A DNA stretch of 64,000 nucleotides from a virus: IMG/VR virus record IMGVR_UViG_3300012953_000013, positions 120,867-184,866 of that record. One strand, 5' to 3'. Of this stretch, positions 20,865-30,047 are shown piece by piece (position 1 is the stretch's first letter; each line of letters starts with the position of its first letter). Both the position numbers and the translations under genes were made by a program. The notes below the pieces were generated by a model. The model did not search any database, was not told the origin of the DNA, and saw only the letters and a program-made list of their open reading frames with translations.

Positions 20865-21547
20865 TATCCCTCCCTTATCCCTTCATCTGCATAGAAAGAA
20901 GACGATACCCCAGAATCATCTCCGCGAGGCGAAACTTCAGCTGGTTCATTAGATATAGGGGTATCTAGTTTTCCTTGCTGAATTAAAGCTCTGTTGTCTC
21001 CAGTCGGTCCAAGTCTATTCTCTTTAAATCCGCGCTGTTGAACAAAAACTTTTTGGGTTGCATCTTCGTCTGAATACCCTTCATCTGTTGGGCCGTGTGG
21101 AATCTTATTGATTAGGCCTTTTCGAGCTTGCTTACAATCTAAAATAAATCCAGTGCTGTATTCCACTTGTCCATATATCGTAGAGTCTATTTTTGAAGTT
21201 AATATCTCAAAAAAGGTATCTCCATAAGAAACGAAATCGCCAGCTTCAACGTCAAGCTGCTTAAACATCACGTCTCTATACTGAAGCCAAACAGTTATCT
21301 TATTTTTTTGTTCTATACCAAACTTGTTAACTACGACATCATCTTGATGCCACTCCACTCTAGCGTCTATTTCTACTGGTGGATTAAATACTTTTTCCTG
21401 CGCTTCTTCATAAACGTCGTGGACATCTGACAAGTCTTTTCTGACCTTATAATAATATACCTTTTGTCCGACAACATCTTTAATGATTTCTTGAGAAAGA
21501 TCTGAAATTAAATCTAGTTCGCGAGGTGTTACAAAGAGTCTAGCCAT
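20864..21547 (-). CDS. Neck / head-closure protein (T4 gp14-like)
   Basis: 227 aa with EIIKDVVGQKVYYY, FGIEQ and GDFVSYGDTFFEI; its stop overlaps the next start (TAATG). Confidence 0.65.
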   Translation of the reverse strand: MARLFVTPRELDLISDLSQEIIKDVVGQKVYYYKVRKDLSDVHDVYEEAQEKVFNPPVEIDARVEWHQDDVVVNKFGIEQKNKITVWLQYRDVMFKQLDVEAGDFVSYGDTFFEILTSKIDSTIYGQVEYSTGFILDCKQARKGLINKIPHGPTDEGYSDEDATQKVFVQQRGFKENRLGPTGDNRALIQQGKLDTPISNEPAEVSPRGDDSGVSSSFYADEGIREG

Positions 21548-21551
21548 TTTT

Positions 21552-22721
21552 TTATCCTATCACTATGCATTTACCCATGGGTATTGGAATTGTTTTTAGA
21601 ACTCGCTGGAGATTTTCTGCTTTAGTAGCTTCTCCCTCCACCATCTTCTCGTACGTTAAACTCTCTAACCATTCACTCATACTAGTTTTTAACTTTTCTT
21701 TATCCTCTCTTCCTTGCGTTACTAATGTTGATCCATCTAACTGCAGATCTCCCCCAGGGATTGGAACGCTAGAAAACTTAGATCTAATCAACCCAAGAAG
21801 TTCTTTACAGTTAGCTAATGTGTAATCGAATATCCACTGTTTTCCCATACTATTAATAGTTGAATAGCTTATCCACCCAAATGGAACATTTGAGGGTCCC
21901 GCAACACCATGAATACTGGAATCATTATAAGCTGGGTCAAATGGATCAGAACCAAAGCCAACTCTAAACCAAAGCTTTTTTGGATCTGAAGAAGTTGGAG
22001 TTGGAAATATTCTTATTTGAGTGCCTTGCGTTCTATAAGAGAAATTTGATCTTCTTACTCTATTAGACAAATCCATTTGTCCGCCGCGAAGAACATCTTC
22101 AAATACGGGTAGTACATAAAATACAGTCTCTGGAGTAAATGACTCAAAACTAAATTCGTTGTTTAAGTAATTTATTGCAGAGGTTGTATCGAAAAATCTA
22201 TAAGCAGCCTGAGGGCTGAAATGATAGACTTCTAAAATCTTTAATTTTCCAGCGCCATTACCGTTTAAGCTAGACGAAAATATAAGGTTTCCACTTTCAT
22301 CTTTAAGCGAACTATAGATATCGTAATCTTGCTGATCTTTCTTTAATTGAATTGAACCAGAAACAGTATTATATGAACCACCAATTCCAGCTTCCTGAGA
22401 GTATGGTTCTGCTAGCCTTAAAATAAAGTCCATAGTTTCATGGGCATATTTCCCTTGAACGTTTGAACCTGTAGACATCCCCATAAGATTAGAAAGCTGT
22501 GATTTAGCTTGATATTCATTTATAAGAGTACCATATTCCATGGACGACTCTTCAAAACAAGCCCAAATCTGTTTCTTAGTCAATTCAACTGATAGAATAT
22601 CATCGCCCAGCTTTCTTTTTACATAAGTGACTAAAGAATCAGCGTCTTGTTGAAAGTCTGAATCGTCGTCAAATATACCAAAAGGTGTTGGTTTTAAAGT
22701 TTTATAAAAAGCTGTTGCCAT
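21552..22721 (-). CDS. Neck / head-tail adaptor protein (T4 gp13-like)
   Basis: 389 aa with YVKRKLGDDILSVELT, WIFDYTLANCKELLGLIRSKF and PGGDLQLDG; first gene of the neck cluster. Confidence 0.7.
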   Translation of the reverse strand: MATAFYKTLKPTPFGIFDDDSDFQQDADSLVTYVKRKLGDDILSVELTKKQIWACFEESSMEYGTLINEYQAKSQLSNLMGMSTGSNVQGKYAHETMDFILRLAEPYSQEAGIGGSYNTVSGSIQLKKDQQDYDIYSSLKDESGNLIFSSSLNGNGAGKLKILEVYHFSPQAAYRFFDTTSAINYLNNEFSFESFTPETVFYVLPVFEDVLRGGQMDLSNRVRRSNFSYRTQGTQIRIFPTPTSSDPKKLWFRVGFGSDPFDPAYNDSSIHGVAGPSNVPFGWISYSTINSMGKQWIFDYTLANCKELLGLIRSKFSSVPIPGGDLQLDGSTLVTQGREDKEKLKTSMSEWLESLTYEKMVEGEATKAENLQRVLKTIPIPMGKCIVIG

Positions 22722-22790
22722 TTAGATACTCCAATGAATCTCCTAACTAAATATAAAAGAAGATCCGTTAAATTCTTGGGTATCTAAATG
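22719..22790 (-). promoter_or_regulatory. Long RNA hairpin covering the RBS and AUG of the neck gene
   Basis: CATTTAGATAC (22719-22729) and GTATCTAAATG (22780-22790) form a perfect 11-bp inverted repeat, extended by CCAA/TTGG. An inner stem GGAUCUUCU/AGGAGAUUC is also possible. The ATATTTA motif sits in the loop. Confidence 0.7.
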
Positions 22791-22863
22791 AAGGCTTTGC
22801 CCTAGGGAAGATGCGCGTGTGATTTTTACAATAGAATTTGAGAATTATTTTTTGAAATTATTT

Positions 22864-24006
22864 TCACATTCCGCCAATAATAGAGATAGCGATTAATCCT
22901 GGAAGCCTGTCTTTAAGGTATACTCCAGAGAATAAAGTATTTGTTCTTCCACCAACATATGAAAATGCAGCTTCTATTTTATTACTAACTTCTGGATCAC
23001 CAGCCATTTCTGGAGTAACAACTAAAAGCATAACTCCAGTTTCTGAAGTTTTTGCTGGCGCAGGGCAAGGAGACGACTTAATACAGCCTTGGTATAAAGT
23101 AGAGCCAAGATCTCTAGCGCTTACATCTCTTATAACTGTACTACCGACAAGCATTCTTCCGGGGGCACTAAGACATTTTTCTAAATCTTTAGAATCGAAT
23201 GTTTGAATTGGTGATGTTTCATCTGCTAATTTAAGTACTTGTGAAATTAATTTTGCAAAATTCTTATTTGCACTTGGGTACATGCCTAGCATTCCAACTT
23301 TACCGCGAAGTAGCTGCAACTGTCTTTCATTATCTAAAACAATATGTGGAGAACTAGTAATATCTTTTAAAACAGATTTACTATTACTAGCGATTGTTGG
23401 ATTTAATAGTTCTTGAGCAGAAGGTTGAGTTACTACATAAACAACTTTTCCTGAAGCTCCAACAGAACTCAAATATCTCTCTAAAGACTTATGAAGGCTG
23501 TGGCACGCGCTACCTGTTCCGCCGCCGCCACCAGCCAATACGAAAAGCCAATCTACTTTCCCGATCCGGGTTCTGAGTGTATCTTCTACTAGAGCACCAT
23601 TATTACTAAGGACATCTTTCCCAAGGTCCACGTCCTTGCCTACGCCATCTGCTCCGGGTATTAACAGAAAATGGTCTTCAGGAACTCCATCGGGCTGGTC
23701 TTTTTCAGTAGTGTTTACCAAAACGGTTTTATTAAACCCTAAATCCAAAAACGCTTTAGCTAGTTTTCCACCACCACCACCAACTCCAATAAAAGCGCAA
23801 GAAATCGCTGAGGGTGCATCATTTTCTGGTAGCATTCTCTCATCAGCATCAGCTGGATCTTCATCATAGGCTTCTACGAAATCAAAATCGTCATCGTACA
23901 AGCTGTCTTTATCTTTTCCACTCATTTCTTTTTCTTCCTTTTTCAAATTAACTTTAGAGTTGACGGGCATAGCTGGTTTATATGCTTCTTTGAGTGTACA
24001 TGCCAT
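22864..24006 (-). CDS. Tubulin/FtsZ-superfamily GTPase (PhuZ/TubZ-like)
   Basis: FIGVGGGGGK, VNTTEKD, signature LAGGGGGTGS, IVLDN and a T7-loop-like FDSKDL. The start could instead be the ATG at 23933. Confidence 0.88.
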   Translation of the reverse strand: MACTLKEAYKPAMPVNSKVNLKKEEKEMSGKDKDSLYDDDFDFVEAYDEDPADADERMLPENDAPSAISCAFIGVGGGGGKLAKAFLDLGFNKTVLVNTTEKDQPDGVPEDHFLLIPGADGVGKDVDLGKDVLSNNGALVEDTLRTRIGKVDWLFVLAGGGGGTGSACHSLHKSLERYLSSVGASGKVVYVVTQPSAQELLNPTIASNSKSVLKDITSSPHIVLDNERQLQLLRGKVGMLGMYPSANKNFAKLISQVLKLADETSPIQTFDSKDLEKCLSAPGRMLVGSTVIRDVSARDLGSTLYQGCIKSSPCPAPAKTSETGVMLLVVTPEMAGDPEVSNKIEAAFSYVGGRTNTLFSGVYLKDRLPGLIAISIIGGM

Positions 24007-24054
24007 GAAATACCCTTATTCATATTCATAATTATTCACTTAAAGCAAAAAGCA

Positions 24055-24345
24055 TTAAATTAAACGGGCTGCTCTAGCTGGATAAGTCACAGACTCTAAT
24101 GCTGATTTTAGCTTTTTTCTATCTACTTTTTTAACTTTTAGATCGGCTACTTCTTTTTCTAAAGCAGCGCAACGAGCTTCTAGAGACTTAACTAAAGACT
24201 CTAAAGTAGATGCTGTAGATTTAGTTGATTTCTTGGCTGTAGTTGTTTTCTTAGCTGGGATGCTTTTTTTGGCTGTCGTTTTTTTAGAAACTACTTTTTC
24301 TTCAGTGGTTGTTTCTTTAACAGCTTCTGTTGTTTCTGTTGACAT
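24055..24345 (-). CDS. Small Lys/Thr-rich protein with a C-terminal coiled coil
   Basis: GGAGG RBS; KKTTAKKSIPAKKTTTAKKSTK followed by heptads LESLVKSLEARCAALEKEVADL. Confidence 0.75.
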   Translation of the reverse strand: MSTETTEAVKETTTEEKVVSKKTTAKKSIPAKKTTTAKKSTKSTASTLESLVKSLEARCAALEKEVADLKVKKVDRKKLKSALESVTYPARAARLI

Positions 24346-24392
24346 ACGTCCTCCATGGCTATAATAATATAATAATAATTATGCATTTAAAA

Positions 24393-24429
24393 TAAAAAAA
24401 AGAGAGGGACCCGCTAAGGGGTCCCTCTC
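24393..24429 (-). terminator. Intrinsic terminator after the major capsid gene
   Basis: 11-bp stem GAGAGGGACCC/GGGTCCCTCTC followed by a U8 tract on the minus strand. Confidence 0.9.
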
Positions 24430-24454
24430 AGTTTTGGACGCTATCTAATAAGGA

Positions 24455-26353
24455 TTAGATTACGTTAAGGTCTTGAACGGTTACTGTACCGTAGAAGTCA
24501 GAACGAACCATCTTCTTACCATATCGAGTCATAACACCCTTACGTGGGGTGAAGTCCTCAGGAGCGAAGATTGTTGGTGTGACAATAAGTGGTACGTATG
24601 GAGCATAGACATATCCAGTCTCCAAGTAGCTTCCGCCCTTGTATCCGACGAGGACCTTGTTCCGTGGGAAGTAAGGATCCTTGTAGACCGTGAAGCGGTT
24701 ACTAAGAGTACCAACCTGCTCAGCACCAAGGCTCATTGGCTGGCTAACCTGACCATCACCATCAAGGCTGTACTTCGGACGATAAAGGACCGAAGCCTCG
24801 AGGATAGTAGCGATATCAGGGCTTACTACGATAAAGTTTGCCGAACCGCGAAGAGTAAGTCTGTGAATCTCATTAGCGACGTCAATGACTGTCTCTACGA
24901 GAGTCTCATACCATTCTCTAACTGTTCCTGTGAAGGAAGCGTTTGCGGGAACTCCACCACTTCCACCAGTTGTCTTATTGACAAAGTTACCTGGTGCGCG
25001 GCTCCAGTAATAGTTGGTCTTAGCCTGAGTAAGGAGATCGTTAAGAATCTCTCTATCAAGCTCTAGAGCAACCTGCTCGGAGAGGATCTGAGTAAGCTCA
25101 ACCTCAGCGTCAAGGCTGTGGTAAGCATTCAAGTCCTGCGCGAGTTCTGGCGACCAGCGAGCGCGGAGCTTACGGGTTACAGCAGTAACTGCAATTGATT
25201 CGATCTTGATATCGATCTCTGGAATCTCCGGAGATGGGGTTGTACCAAAATCAGACTCAAAGGTTGGAATAACTAGAGTATCTCCAGTTCCAGTACTGAG
25301 ACTTGGATCAAGCGGGTAGTTAACTGTCATCAAAGCAGAGTTAGCTACTGGCTCGCCAATAACACCTGAGACTACGCAAAGAAGTCCAGTTCCAGAAGCC
25401 GAAAGATCAGCTAAAGGATCTGCGGTGAATTTACCACCAGCAACTGTACCAATCTGGTTAAGTCTGCGAACATTGAGAAGATTTGTACTTCCCTGAATTT
25501 GCTGACCCTGCAGATCGTTACCAACTACTGCCAGTCCGTCTGGATCTGTTCCAAGTGCATCTGAAACAAGTGCGAACTCTTTAACCAGAGTAGCATCAGC
25601 ATCAGTAAAGTTATCAGTTGCTACAACAACGAAACTGTATACACCGCCACCAGCGTTACCACCTGGGAAGTCTCCATTATCGTTGTCTTGGATGTCTCTT
25701 GTAATTACTGGGTCGAACTGGAAGAGTTTTCCATCAGATCCTGTAGCAAATCCAGACTGACCACCAACCATTGTTCCACCGGCACCAAAAGCACCAGAAA
25801 GAAGAAGATCGGCTTCGCCTGTAAGTGCGAAGGAAGAGTGGACTCTAGAATATCCAGAACCAGCAAGGTTGTATTGACCACCTACACCCAAAGATCCAGA
25901 GCGTACGCCCTTTCCTGGAGGTGCATTGTAGATTGAAGAACCTGTGGTGTAGGTAGCAGCATTAGTGCCCTCTCTACCAACGTTGGTTCCATACGTGTAG
26001 TCAAGATAGAATAAAAGGCCAGAAGGAAGGCTCATAGGCTGGATAGAAACCAGCTCATTTGCGATCAATCCACCGAATACTCTACGGACGATTGGGAATG
26101 CGATGTTCGTGAATCCACGAATATCACCACTGGAAGTGAGGTTTCCACCACCAGTTGAAAGGCTGTTAGCCTCTCTAAGAACTTGGGCAGCCTGATTTTC
26201 AAGCAGAGTAGCCATGTTCTCGCGGGTTGTTCCTTCAAGACCTCTAAGAAGTCCTGTTCGGGCCCACTTTTCGATTAGTCGACGGTTCTGGGTTCCGACG
26301 TGTCGTTGCCGAATACCCTCTGTCAACTGATTGAGTGTAAATTTCTTACTCAT
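24455..26353 (-). CDS. Major capsid protein (T4 gp23-like, HK97 fold)
   Basis: 632 aa with IEKWARTGLLRGL, FPIVRRVF, VSIQPMSLPSGLLFY, TRKLRARWSPELAQDLNAYHSLDAEVELT, GYVYAPYVPL, FTPRKGVMTRYG. Confidence 0.95.
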   Translation of the reverse strand: MSKKFTLNQLTEGIRQRHVGTQNRRLIEKWARTGLLRGLEGTTRENMATLLENQAAQVLREANSLSTGGGNLTSSGDIRGFTNIAFPIVRRVFGGLIANELVSIQPMSLPSGLLFYLDYTYGTNVGREGTNAATYTTGSSIYNAPPGKGVRSGSLGVGGQYNLAGSGYSRVHSSFALTGEADLLLSGAFGAGGTMVGGQSGFATGSDGKLFQFDPVITRDIQDNDNGDFPGGNAGGGVYSFVVVATDNFTDADATLVKEFALVSDALGTDPDGLAVVGNDLQGQQIQGSTNLLNVRRLNQIGTVAGGKFTADPLADLSASGTGLLCVVSGVIGEPVANSALMTVNYPLDPSLSTGTGDTLVIPTFESDFGTTPSPEIPEIDIKIESIAVTAVTRKLRARWSPELAQDLNAYHSLDAEVELTQILSEQVALELDREILNDLLTQAKTNYYWSRAPGNFVNKTTGGSGGVPANASFTGTVREWYETLVETVIDVANEIHRLTLRGSANFIVVSPDIATILEASVLYRPKYSLDGDGQVSQPMSLGAEQVGTLSNRFTVYKDPYFPRNKVLVGYKGGSYLETGYVYAPYVPLIVTPTIFAPEDFTPRKGVMTRYGKKMVRSDFYGTVTVQDLNVI

Positions 26354-26375
26354 TTTAGTTTTCTCCTATAAGGGT

Positions 26376-28049
26376 TTATTTGTTATGTAGTCCAGCAAGG
26401 ACTGCCCACCTGTCGACCTCAACACCACTCTTTGCCGGGGCTGCCGACCGGGTTGATCTGGATGCGGATGAAAGCAATCTAGAAGATCCCTCGGAAAGGG
26501 TTCTTCCGGATCTACGCTGTAGTGAATTACTAAGTGTCTGATATAGCAACTTAGCTTCTTTGATTGTGGAAGCCTTATCAAGGGCTTCAACGATAGCGCG
26601 CTGCTGCTTAGTAGAAAGTCCACGATTTTGCATGAGCTTATTTGCAAAAAGCAGTTTTGCGTTAAACAGATTCATTTCTTGTAACTGTCTCTTTAAACGA
26701 ACATTTTCTCTAGCGGCTGCTGTAGGACGGTTATTTCTAACTGCTCTACGCGCTCGAGATTCATTTACTTTTCTTCTGTTGCGACGTGCGCGACGGCGAC
26801 GTGATTCAACAGTTGGTTCTGGAACGCTGGGATCTCCAAGCTCATCTGCAAGAGCATTGATCAGATCTTCTTCGCTGACATCGAGTTCGATATCACCAAG
26901 ATCTTCCCCACCGTGAGCAAGAGCAGGATCAGCTTCAGCAGCTCTTCCCTCTTCTTGTTCTCGAAGACGTCTCATACGACGAAGCTCTCGGCGAATCGCG
27001 GCTTCAGAGATTTCATACATCTCATCAGTTTCCTCGAGCTCAAGCTCGACGCCTTCTTCTTCTTCGACTTCAACGTCTTCTTCTTCTCCCTCTTCCCCGA
27101 CTGCAACGTCGAGTCCGAGTGCGGCACCTAAATCTTCCAAGGCACCTGTTGCAGCTTCTACATCGACATCTTCAGCCGCTGGAATTTCTTCCTCGACTTC
27201 GACCTCTTCGTCTTCTACTGCGATTTCATCTTCCTGTTCACGGAGACCCTCATCTTGAGCCAACTCTTCAAAGAGTCTACGGAACGCTGACCTATCTTTT
27301 CTCCTAGACATATCTTTTATCTCCTTAAGCATTCCTAGAATTCGGTATTCGAGTCTCTCGTCAACAGACTCGCTCATAATTATTACGCTCTGTGACAAAC
27401 TAAATACTTCATTCAATAATTTGCCATAGTATGTTAAAGCTATTTTCTTTTCAGAAACATTTAGTTTACGAAAATCAACACCATCAATAGCTTCTTTCAG
27501 ATTTTTAATTCTTTTGGAAATTAAACTAACTCTTCCAGAAACTTTTTGATTTCTCGAACGATTAATATAAGACTCTAACATATCAAGACCCGCTTTACTT
27601 AAAAGCAGGTCTTCATCTTCAACACTAACTTCTTCTTCATCATCATCATCTTCTTCTTCACCCTCTAAATCCAGGTGAAGCTCACCATCAATATCTAAAG
27701 TGATATCAGGTTCTTCTTCTACATCATCATCCTCTTCTCCAACTTCTTCTTCCGAAGAAATTACAGTCCCCAAATCAATAGTAGTAGTTGGAGATGGAGC
27801 AGATGTTGCAGTTGGAGCAGTCATCACCGGGGTCTCTTCAACATCTTCAACTTCAGTATCGACTTCTTCATCGAATTCTTCGTCGAATTCATCAGATAAC
27901 TGTTGTTCAATCATTAGTTGAATCTGCGGCGTGAGGGCTTCAATAATCTTGTTTTTTGCATTTTGCTCAGCAGCTTGTTTTAACTGCTTAGCTTCTATAA
28001 TTGCGTCTTGATAAAGGTTTAAACTCATACTTCCCACCAAATAAGGCAT
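26376..28049 (-). CDS. Prohead core / scaffold protein (T4 gp22-like position)
   Basis: Very acidic (E/D runs), about 550 aa, immediately upstream of the capsid gene. C-terminal NLFNAKLLFANKL...WAVLAGL. The true start may be the ATG at 28028 (MSLNLYQDA). Confidence 0.75.
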   Translation of the reverse strand: MPYLVGSMSLNLYQDAIIEAKQLKQAAEQNAKNKIIEALTPQIQLMIEQQLSDEFDEEFDEEVDTEVEDVEETPVMTAPTATSAPSPTTTIDLGTVISSEEEVGEEDDDVEEEPDITLDIDGELHLDLEGEEEDDDDEEEVSVEDEDLLLSKAGLDMLESYINRSRNQKVSGRVSLISKRIKNLKEAIDGVDFRKLNVSEKKIALTYYGKLLNEVFSLSQSVIIMSESVDERLEYRILGMLKEIKDMSRRKDRSAFRRLFEELAQDEGLREQEDEIAVEDEEVEVEEEIPAAEDVDVEAATGALEDLGAALGLDVAVGEEGEEEDVEVEEEEGVELELEETDEMYEISEAAIRRELRRMRRLREQEEGRAAEADPALAHGGEDLGDIELDVSEEDLINALADELGDPSVPEPTVESRRRRARRNRRKVNESRARRAVRNNRPTAAARENVRLKRQLQEMNLFNAKLLFANKLMQNRGLSTKQQRAIVEALDKASTIKEAKLLYQTLSNSLQRRSGRTLSEGSSRLLSSASRSTRSAAPAKSGVEVDRWAVLAGLHNK

Positions 28050-28056
28050 TTTGAAT

Positions 28057-28063
28057 TAAATAT
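28057..28063 (-). promoter_or_regulatory. Putative late-promoter motif ATANTTA upstream of the scaffold/capsid genes
   Basis: ATATTTA in the short intergenic gap. Confidence 0.55.
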
Positions 28064-28088
28064 AACACTCAAATTGCTAATTCCTTTT

Positions 28089-28667
28089 CTAAATTTCATC
28101 TTCTTGTTCTTTGTGAATCAAATATACCAATTTCTTTAGATCTTTAATATTATTTTCATCTTCATCAGAAGATAAAATATCTTCAAGTGAATAACTAGGT
28201 TCATCTATTATATATTCAGGATACGGGCTTTTAGAAAAACCTCTCTTGGTTCCTGTGGGTTTGGAATTGCTTCTAAAGCCAACAGTTGGACCTGGGTGCG
28301 GAAGAGATTCTCCACTGCCCCCAAAACCAGAACCGGTTCTACCTGCATACATTTTTGGAAATGGCACCATACCCTTTGAAGTAGAAAGTTCTGATATTTT
28401 AGTAGCAGAACCGACATAGTAAAATGGGTCTGTTTTTTTCCATGCTAAAGAATCGCCTGGTTGATAGTTTAATAATTTACTTAAAACTTTTTCCACTGTG
28501 TCTGACTCTATAGCACTCTCAGCCTCCTCGTCATCAACGGGAGGCTGAGAATATTGATCAAAGCTTCTAGGTTGGTCAAAGTTGGGTTCTAGAGTACCGT
28601 AACCTAAATCTTTACGAGCGTCGTAAGGATGTCCAGTTATTCCTGATGGATGCTTGGGTATGGGCAC
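28089..28667 (-). CDS. Hypothetical protein (192 aa) in the head module
   Basis: Intact ORF tiling with its neighbours. Confidence 0.7.
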   Translation of the reverse strand: MPIPKHPSGITGHPYDARKDLGYGTLEPNFDQPRSFDQYSQPPVDDEEAESAIESDTVEKVLSKLLNYQPGDSLAWKKTDPFYYVGSATKISELSTSKGMVPFPKMYAGRTGSGFGGSGESLPHPGPTVGFRSNSKPTGTKRGFSKSPYPEYIIDEPSYSLEDILSSDEDENNIKDLKKLVYLIHKEQEDEI

Positions 28668-28684
28668 GATACTCTATACCCTTA

Positions 28685-29224
28685 CTATGAACTATATGGT
28701 GATTTACCAAGTCCATATGAACCAAGAGTTGCTGTATCTTGCTGTGCAGAAGAATCTACAACACCAAGCTGTGAACCAACTCCAACCCCAGGCGTATCAT
28801 TTGGTGTCTCACCAAATCCAGCTGGAGCTTCACCTTGATCGGCGGGATTTACGCTACCAGGACCAGGAGAAACAGGGTTTGGTACCCAAGCCGAAGCAGG
28901 TCTTCCTGCATCTCCAGTATCAGCTTCACCAAGTGTTGGCGGCGCTGGGGACGCGTTTGTAGAACTAAAGTTCATTGAAACTCCCCCTGGAAATAAATCA
29001 TTACCTTCTATCACCGCATCGAGAACATTCTCTTGATACCACTTCATCATTGGATTTGCTGACGAGTCTTTAGTTCCATCGTCTTTTAACTGATCTATTA
29101 CTTCTAACGGTGTTGCTGGAAAGCATGATTTAACTGATGCAGTATCGCTGGTAGAAAGACCACCAATCTGCCCAAGAGCTTTAACTGTTGAGTTTATTAA
29201 TACTGTTCCTTGTTTCGCTGCCAT
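28685..29224 (-). CDS. Hypothetical Pro/Gly/Ser-rich protein (179 aa)
   Basis: AGGAG RBS; tiles with its neighbours. Confidence 0.7.
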   Translation of the reverse strand: MAAKQGTVLINSTVKALGQIGGLSTSDTASVKSCFPATPLEVIDQLKDDGTKDSSANPMMKWYQENVLDAVIEGNDLFPGGVSMNFSSTNASPAPPTLGEADTGDAGRPASAWVPNPVSPGPGSVNPADQGEAPAGFGETPNDTPGVGVGSQLGVVDSSAQQDTATLGSYGLGKSPYSS

Positions 29225-29233
29225 TTTTATCTC

Positions 29234-29530
29234 CTATAGTTTTCTTTTAATTCTTTTTGAAACGTTTCTTCGTTTATTACTAACTTCACGGAGCTTTCTA
29301 CGTAACTTTGCTTCTTGAACTTTTAAAACTTTAAGGTGATCGATGTCTTTAGCTAGCACATCTGCTTGGTCTGCCGCATCAACTTCATCTGCGGAAACTT
29401 TTTCAGGATCTTCAACACCAGACTCAATTGGGTCCGACGTTTCTCTTAGACGGCGTCTTTCTTGGACGATCATCTTTCTTAACATTGTTGGCGTAAGTGA
29501 TTTTACGCTCTTTCGTTTTCTTGTGGCCAT
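29234..29530 (-). CDS. Hypothetical protein (98 aa, basic termini and acidic core)
   Basis: AGGAG RBS and an upstream ATAGTTA motif. Confidence 0.7.
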   Translation of the reverse strand: MATRKRKSVKSLTPTMLRKMIVQERRRLRETSDPIESGVEDPEKVSADEVDAADQADVLAKDIDHLKVLKVQEAKLRRKLREVSNKRRNVSKRIKRKL

Positions 29531-29606
29531 GGAACTTTTACTCCTAAATTCAGCGGTGTTCTCAAATAACTATCACATTCGTGAGAGTTTTTTCTAATAT
29601 TTATTT

Positions 29607-30032
29607 TTAAACTTCATCAAAAGCTAATGCAGCCCAATTGTTAGCAGCTTCACCAAATATATCAGTCGGATCTGCTCCGCTAACCGCTTTAGCTGCAGGG
29701 TCTCCATTAACTGCAACTTGGGTTGCATGACCTGATTGATTTTCTTGTCCTAGCTGCTCTTGGAGAGTGGTTCTAGCGGTGTCAGCCAATATATTACCTA
29801 AAACCGGGTCTTCCGTACATGCTGCAACGCTTTCGTCAACCCTTTTGTTAAAATTTATATTTTCTAGGGCAGGACGTGATGCTTTTGCTTGTCTTCTTCT
29901 TGGAGCGCTTTTTTTAGTTTTTGATTCTTGCAAAAAATTTTCAGAATTTCCCGGGCTCAAACCCTCTACTAAAACTTCTACTAAGCACTCTTTAATTAAA
30001 CTTTTTAATTGATTTCTTGACATTTTTGCCAT
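29607..30032 (-). CDS. Hypothetical protein (141 aa)
   Basis: AGGAG RBS; N-terminal LKSLIKECLVEVL helix. Confidence 0.7.
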   Translation of the reverse strand: MAKMSRNQLKSLIKECLVEVLVEGLSPGNSENFLQESKTKKSAPRRRQAKASRPALENINFNKRVDESVAACTEDPVLGNILADTARTTLQEQLGQENQSGHATQVAVNGDPAAKAVSGADPTDIFGEAANNWAALAFDEV

Positions 30033-30047
30033 AACTTAACTAACTCC

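Noticed and set aside
12157-21547. Interpretation as an extracellular contractile injection system (multiple sheaths, LysM, tube initiator)
   Set aside because: Capsid, portal, protease, terminase and neck genes are contiguous with the tail genes, so this is a phage virion module.
22864-24006. Host ftsZ / cellular chromosome
   Set aside because: There are no dcw-cluster neighbours and no FtsZ C-terminal linker or peptide, and the context is wholly viral.
26900-27900. GAA/GAT-rich repetitive DNA as a tandem repeat or CRISPR array
   Set aside because: It is the codon pattern of the acidic scaffold protein, with no fixed repeat-spacer periodicity.
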